Shown here piece after piece: positions 58,201 through 64,000 of a DNA stretch of 64,000 nucleotides (positions are counted from its first letter, which is position 1; each line of letters opens with the position of its first letter). Location of the stretch: NCBI GenBank assembly GCA_030390025.1, contig CM059425.1:260524001-260588000 (forward strand), in the 5' to 3' direction. This DNA is from Squalus acanthias. Taxonomy: Eukaryota. Under the pieces are notes generated by a model. The model was not told the origin of the DNA and made no database searches. It saw only the letters and a program-made list of their open reading frames with translations. The translations under genes were made by a program, and so were the position numbers.

Positions 58201-61200
58201 TGTTTTTGATAATGGAGGGTTTGTGTTTTTGATAACGGAGGTTTAGTGTTTTTGATAACGGAGGGTTTGTGTTTTTGATAATGGAGGGTTTGTGTTTTTG
58301 ATAATGGAGGGTTTGGGTTTTTGATAACTGAGTGCTTGTGTTTTTGAAAACGGGGGTTTGTGTTTTTGATAACTGAGGGTTTGTGTTTATGATAACGGAG
58401 GGTTTGTGTTTTTGATAACGGAGGGTTTGTGTTTTTGATAACGGAGAGTTTGTGTTTTTGATAACGGAGGGTTTGTGTTTTTGATAACGGAGGGTTTGTG
58501 TTTTTGATAACGGAGGGTTTGTGTTTTTGATAACGGAGGGTTTGTGTTTTTGATAATGGAGGGTTTGGATATTTGATAATGGAGGGTTTGTGTTTTTGAT
58601 AATGGAGGGTTTGGATTTTTGATAACGGAGGGTTTGGGTTTTTGATAACGGAGGGTTTGTGTTTTAGATAAGGGAGGGTTTGTGTTTTTGATAACGGGGG
58701 GTTTGTGTTTTTGATAACGGAGGGTTTGTGTTTTTGATAACGGGGGGTTTGTGTTTTTCATAACGGAGAGTTTGGGTTTTTGATAATGGAGGGTTTGGGT
58801 TTTTGATAATGGAGGGTTTGTGTTTTTGATAAAGGAGGGTTTGTGATTTTGATAACGGGGGTTTGTGTTTTTGATAATGGAGGGTTTGTGTTTTTGATAA
58901 CGGGGGGTTTGTGTTTTTCATAACGGAGAGTTTGGGTTTTTGATAATGGAGGGTTTGTGTTTTTGATAATGGAGGGTTTGTGTTTTTGATAATGGAGGGT
59001 TTGTGTTTTTCATAATGGAGAGTTTGGGTTTTTGATAATGGAGGGTTTGTTTTTTTGATAATGGAGGGTTTGGATTTTTGATAACGGAGGGTTTGGGCTT
59101 TTGATAACGGAGGGTTTGTGTTTTTGATAAAGGAGGGTTTGTGTTTTTGATAAAGGAGGGTGTGCGTTTTTGATAATGGAGGGTTTGTGTTTTTGATAAT
59201 GGAGAGTTTGTGTTTATGATAACGGACAGTTTGGGTTTTTGATAACGGGGGGTTTGTTTTTTTGATAACGGGGGGTTTGTGTTTTTAATAACGGGGGGTT
59301 TGTGTTTTTGATAATGGGGGGGTTGTGTTTTTGATAACGGGGGCTTTGTGTTTTTGATAATGGAGGGTTTGTGTTTTTGATAACGGGGGTTTGTGTTTTT
59401 GATAACGGGGGGTTTGAGTTTTTGATAACGGAGGGTTTGTGTTTTTGATAACGGGGGGTTTGTGTTTTTGATAATGGAGGGTTTGTGTTTTTGATAAAGG
59501 TGGGTTTGGGTTTTTGATAAAGGAGGGTTTGGGTTTTTGATAATGGAGAGTTTGTGTTTTTGATAATGGAGGGTTTGTGTTTTTGATAATGGAGAGTTTG
59601 GGTTTTTGATAATGGAGGGTTTGTGTTTTTGATAATGGAGGGTTTGTGTTTTTGATAATGGAGAGTTTGGGTTTTTGATAATGGAGGGTTTGTGTTTTTG
59701 ATAATGGAGGGTTTGTGTTATTGATAATGGAGGGTTTGTGTTTATGATAACGGAGGGTTTGGGGTTTTGATAATGGAGGGTTTGTGTTTTTGATAACGGA
59801 GGGTTTGTGTTTTTGATAACGGAGGGTTTGTGTTTTTGATAACGGAGGGTATGTGCTTTTGATAATGGAGGGTTTGTGTTTTTGATAACGGAGGGTTTGT
59901 GTTTTTGATAATGGAGGGTTTGTGATTTTGATAACAGAGGGTTTGTGTTTTTGATAATGGGGGGTTTGTGTTTTTGATAATGGGGGGTTTGTGTTTTTGA
60001 TAATGGAGGGTTTGTGTTTTTGATAATGGAGGGTTTGTGTTATTGATAACGGAAGGTTTGTGTTTTTGATAATGGAGTGTTTGTGTTTTTGATAATGGAG
60101 AGTTTGGGTTTTTGATAATGGAGGGTTTGTGTTTTTGATAAAGGAGGGTTTGTGTTTTTGATAACGGAGAGTTTGTGTTTTTGATAACGGAGGGTTTGTG
60201 TTTTTGATAACGGAGGGTTTGTGTTTTTGATAACGGAGGGTTTGTGTTTTTGATAACGGAGGGTTTGTGTTTTTGATAATGGAGGGTTTGGATATTTGAT
60301 AATGGAGGGTTTGTGTTTTTGATAATGGAGGGTTTGGATTTTTGATAACGGAGGGTTTGGGTTTTTGATAACGGAGGGTTTGTGTTTTAGATAAGGGAGG
60401 GTTTGTGTTTTTGATAACGGGGGGTTTGTGTTTTTGATAACGGAGGGTTTGTGTTTTTGATAACGGGGGGTTTGTGTTTTTCATAACGGAGAGTTTGGGT
60501 TTTTGATAATGGAGGGTTTGGGTTTTTGATAATGGAGGGTTTGTGTTTTTGATAAAGGAGGGTTTGTGATTTTGATAACGGGGGTTTGTGTTTTTGATAA
60601 TGGAGGGTTTGTGTTTTTGATAACGGGGGGTTTGTGTTTTTCATAATGGAGGGTTTGTGTTTTTGATAATGGAGGGTTTGTGTTTTTCATAATGGAGAGT
60701 TTGGGTTTTTCATAATGGAGGGTTTGTGTTTTTGATAATGGAGGGTTTGTGTTTTTCATAATGGAGAGTTTGGGTTTTTGATAATGGAGGGTTTGTTTTT
60801 TTGATAATGGAGGGTTTGGATTTTTGATAACGGAGGGTTTGGGCTTTTGATAACGGAGGGTTTGTGTTTTTGATAAAGGAGGGTTTGTGTTTTTGATAAA
60901 GGAGGGTGTGCGTTTTTGATAATGGAGGGTTTGTGTTTTTGATAATGGAGAGTTTGTGTTTATGATAACGGACAGTTTGGGTTTTTGATAATGGAGGGTT
61001 TGTGTTTTCGATAATGGAGGGTTTGTGTTTTTGATAACGGAGGGTTTGTGATTTTGATAATGGCGGGTTTCTGTTTTTGATAACGGGGGGTTTGTGTTTT
61101 TGATAACGGGGGGTTTGTGTTTTTAATAACGGGGGGTTTGTGTTTTTGATAATGGGGGGGTTGTGTTTTTGATAACGGGGGCTTTGTGTTTTTGATAATG

Positions 61201-64000
61201 GAGGGTTTGTGTTTTTGATAACGGGGGTTTGTGTTTTTGATAACGGGGGGTTTGAGTTTTTGATAACGGAGGGTTTGTGTTTTTGATAACGGGGGGTTTG
61301 TGTTTTTGATAATGGAGGGTTTGTGTTTTTGATAAAGGAGGGTTTGGGTTTTTGATAAAGGAGGGTTTGGGTTTTTGATAATGGAGAGTTTGTGTTTTTG
61401 ATAATGGAGGGTTTGTGTTTTTGATAATGGAGAGTTTGGGTTTTTGATAATGGAGGGTTTGTGTTTTTGATAATGGAGGGTTTGTGTTTTTGATAATGGA
61501 GAGTTTGGGTTTTTGATAATGGAGGGTTTGTGTTTTTGATAATGGAGGGTTTGTGTTATTGATAATGGAGGGTTTGTGTTTATGATAACGGAGGGTTTGG
61601 GGTTTTGATAATGGAGGGTTTGTGTTTTTGATAACGGAGGGTTTGTGTTTTTGATAACGGAGGGTTTGTGTTTTTGATAACGGAGGGTATGTGCTTTTGA
61701 TAATGGAGGGTTTGTGTTTTTGATAACGGAGGGTTTGTGTTTTTGATAATGGAGGGTTTGTGTTTTTGATAACGGAGGGTTTGTGTTTTTGATAATGGAG
61801 GGTTTGTGATTTTGATAACAGAGGGTTTGTGTTTTTGATAATGGGGGGTTTGTGTTTTTGATAATGGGGGGTTTGTGTTTTTGATAATGGAGGGTTTGTG
61901 TTTTTGATAATGGAGGGTTTGTGTTATTGATAACGGAAGGTTTGTGTTTTTGATAATGGAGTGTTTGTGTTTTTGATAATGGAGAGTTTGGGTTTTTGAT
62001 AATGGAGGGTTTGTGTTTTTGATAAAGGAGGGTTTGTGTTTTTGATAACGGAGAGTTTGTGTTTTTGATAACGGAGGGTTTGTGTTTTTGATAACGGAGG
62101 GTTTGTGTTTTTGATAACGGAGGGTTTGTGTTTTTGATAACGGAGGGTTTGTGTTTTTGATAATGGAGGGTTTGGATATTTGATAATGGAGGGTTTGTGT
62201 TTTTGATAATGGAGGGTTTGGATTTTTGATAACGGAGGGTTTGGGTTTTTGATAACGGAGGGTTTGTGTTTTAGATAAGGGAGGGTTTGTGTTTTTGATA
62301 ACGGGGGGTTTGTGTTTTTGATAACGGAGGGTTTGTGTTTTTGATAACGGGGGGTTTGTGTTTTTCATAACGGAGAGTTTGGGTTTTTGATAATGGAGGG
62401 TTTGGGTTTTTGATAATGGAGGGTTTGTGTTTTTGATAAAGGAGGGTTTGTGATTTTGATAACGGGGGTTTGTGTTTTTGATAATGGAGGGTTTGTGTTT
62501 TTGATAACGGGGGGTTTGTGTTTTTCATAACGGAGAGTTTGGGTTTTTGATAATGGAGGGTTTGTGTTTTTGATAATGGAGGGTTTGTGTTTTTGATAAT
62601 GGAGGGTTTGTGTTTTTCATAATGGAGAGTTTGGGTTTTTGATAATGGAGGGTTTGTTTTTTTGATAATGGAGGGTTTGGATTTTTGATAACGGAGGGTT
62701 TGGGTTTTTGATAAAGGAGGGTTTGTGTTTTTGATAAAGGAGGGTGTGCGTTTTTGATAATGGAGGGTTTGTGTTTTTGATAATGGAGAGTTTGTGTTTA
62801 TGATAACGGACAGTTTGGGTTTTTGATAATGGAGGGTTTGTGTTTTCGATAATGGAGGGTTTGTGTCTTTGATAACGGAGGGTTTGTGTTTTTGATAATG
62901 GCGGGTTTCTGTTTTTGATAACGGGGGGTTTGTGTTTTTGATAACGGGGGGTTTGTGTTTTTAATAACGGGGGGTTTGTGTTTTTGATAATGGGGGGGTT
63001 GTGTTTTTGATAACGGGGGCTTTGTGTTTTTGATAATGGAGGGTTTGTGTTTTTGATAACGGGGGTTTGTGTTTTTGATAACGGGGGGTTTGAGTTTTTG
63101 ATAACGGAGGGTTTGTGTTTTTGATAACGGGGGGTTTGTGTTTTTGATAATGGAGGGTTTGTGTTTTTGATAAAGGAGGGTTTGGGTTTTTGATAAAGGA
63201 GGGTTTGGGTTTTTGATAATGGAGAGTTTGTGTTTTTGATAATGGAGGGTTTGTGTTTTTGATAAAGGAGGTTTTGGGTTTTTGATAAAGGAGGGTTTGG
63301 GTTTTTGATAATGGAGGGTTTGTATTGATAATGGAGGGTTTGTGTTTATGATAACGGAGGGTTTGGGGTTTTGATAATGGAGGGTTTGTGTTTTTGATAA
63401 CGGAGGGTTTGTGTTTTTGATAACGGAGGGTTTGTGTTTTTGATAACGGAGGGTATGTGCTTTTGATAATGGAGGGTTTGTGTTTTTGATAACGGAGGGT
63501 TTGTGTTTTTGATAATGGAGGGTTTGTGATTTTGATAACAGAGGGTTTGTGTTTTTGATAATGGGGGGTTTGTGTTTTTGATAATGGGGGGTTTGTGTTT
63601 TTGATAATGGAGGGTTTGTGTTTTTGATAATGGAGGGTTTGTGTTATTGATAACGGAAGGTTTGTGTTTTTGATAATGGAGTGTTTGTGTTTTTGATAAT
63701 GGAGAGTTTGGGTTTTTGATAATGGAGGGTTTGTGTTTTTGATAACGGAGGGTGTTTTTTTGATAAAGGAGGGTTTGTGTTTTTGATAACGGAGGGTTTG
63801 GGTTTTTGATAATGGAGGGTTTGTGTTTTTGATAAAGGAGGGTTTGTGTTTTTGATAATGGAGGGTTTGGGGTTTTGATAACGGAGGGTTTGTGATTTTG
63901 ATAACGGAGGGTTTGTGTTTTTGATAACGGAGAGTTTGTGTTTTTGATAAATGAGGGTTTGCGTTTTTGATAATGGAGGGTTTGTGTTTTTGATAATGGA
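49247..64000. repeat. 23-bp satellite array, block 3 (runs off the window)
   Basis: Same unit, with recurring blocks of variant units. Confidence 0.98.

Noticed and set aside
33618-64000. CRISPR array or true telomerase-made telomere
   Set aside because: There are no unique spacers or cas genes and the context is eukaryotic. Vertebrate telomeres are TTAGGG, and this array shows inherited variants and higher-order duplications. The resemblance to long yeast telomeric units is coincidental.

Overview
Eukaryotic, repeat-rich DNA, very probably from a cartilaginous fish (shark), judged from HE1/V-SINE, Deu-domain SINE, HER1-like CR1 LINEs and shark-type Penelope ends. Positions 1-33.6 kb hold one host gene on the minus strand, a Siglec-15-like gene. 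Its V-set Ig exon is at 2965-3357 and a candidate signal-peptide exon lies about 15 kb upstream at 18464-18512. The gene is buried in nested CR1, RTE, L2-group and Penelope retroelements, SINEs and PIF/Harbinger relics and MITEs. There is an assembly gap at 29286-29417. From about 33618 to the window end lies a strand-biased 23-bp satellite (GATAAYGGAGGGTTTGTGTTTTT, roughly 950 units by length). It contains two near-identical, full-length ~4.2-kb PIF/Harbinger transposons, each with an intact DDE transposase and a convergent spliced Myb/SANT gene. The shared flanks indicate that the two copies arose by a ~7.2-kb duplication of the array rather than by two transpositions. The most notable items are this satellite-embedded Harbinger with matching non-autonomous derivatives nearby, minimal hammerhead-ribozyme motifs in Penelope ends (one truncated exactly where the satellite starts), and the satellite's higher-order structure and GATA/MYB motif density. 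All calls were made by eye and no database searches were run.
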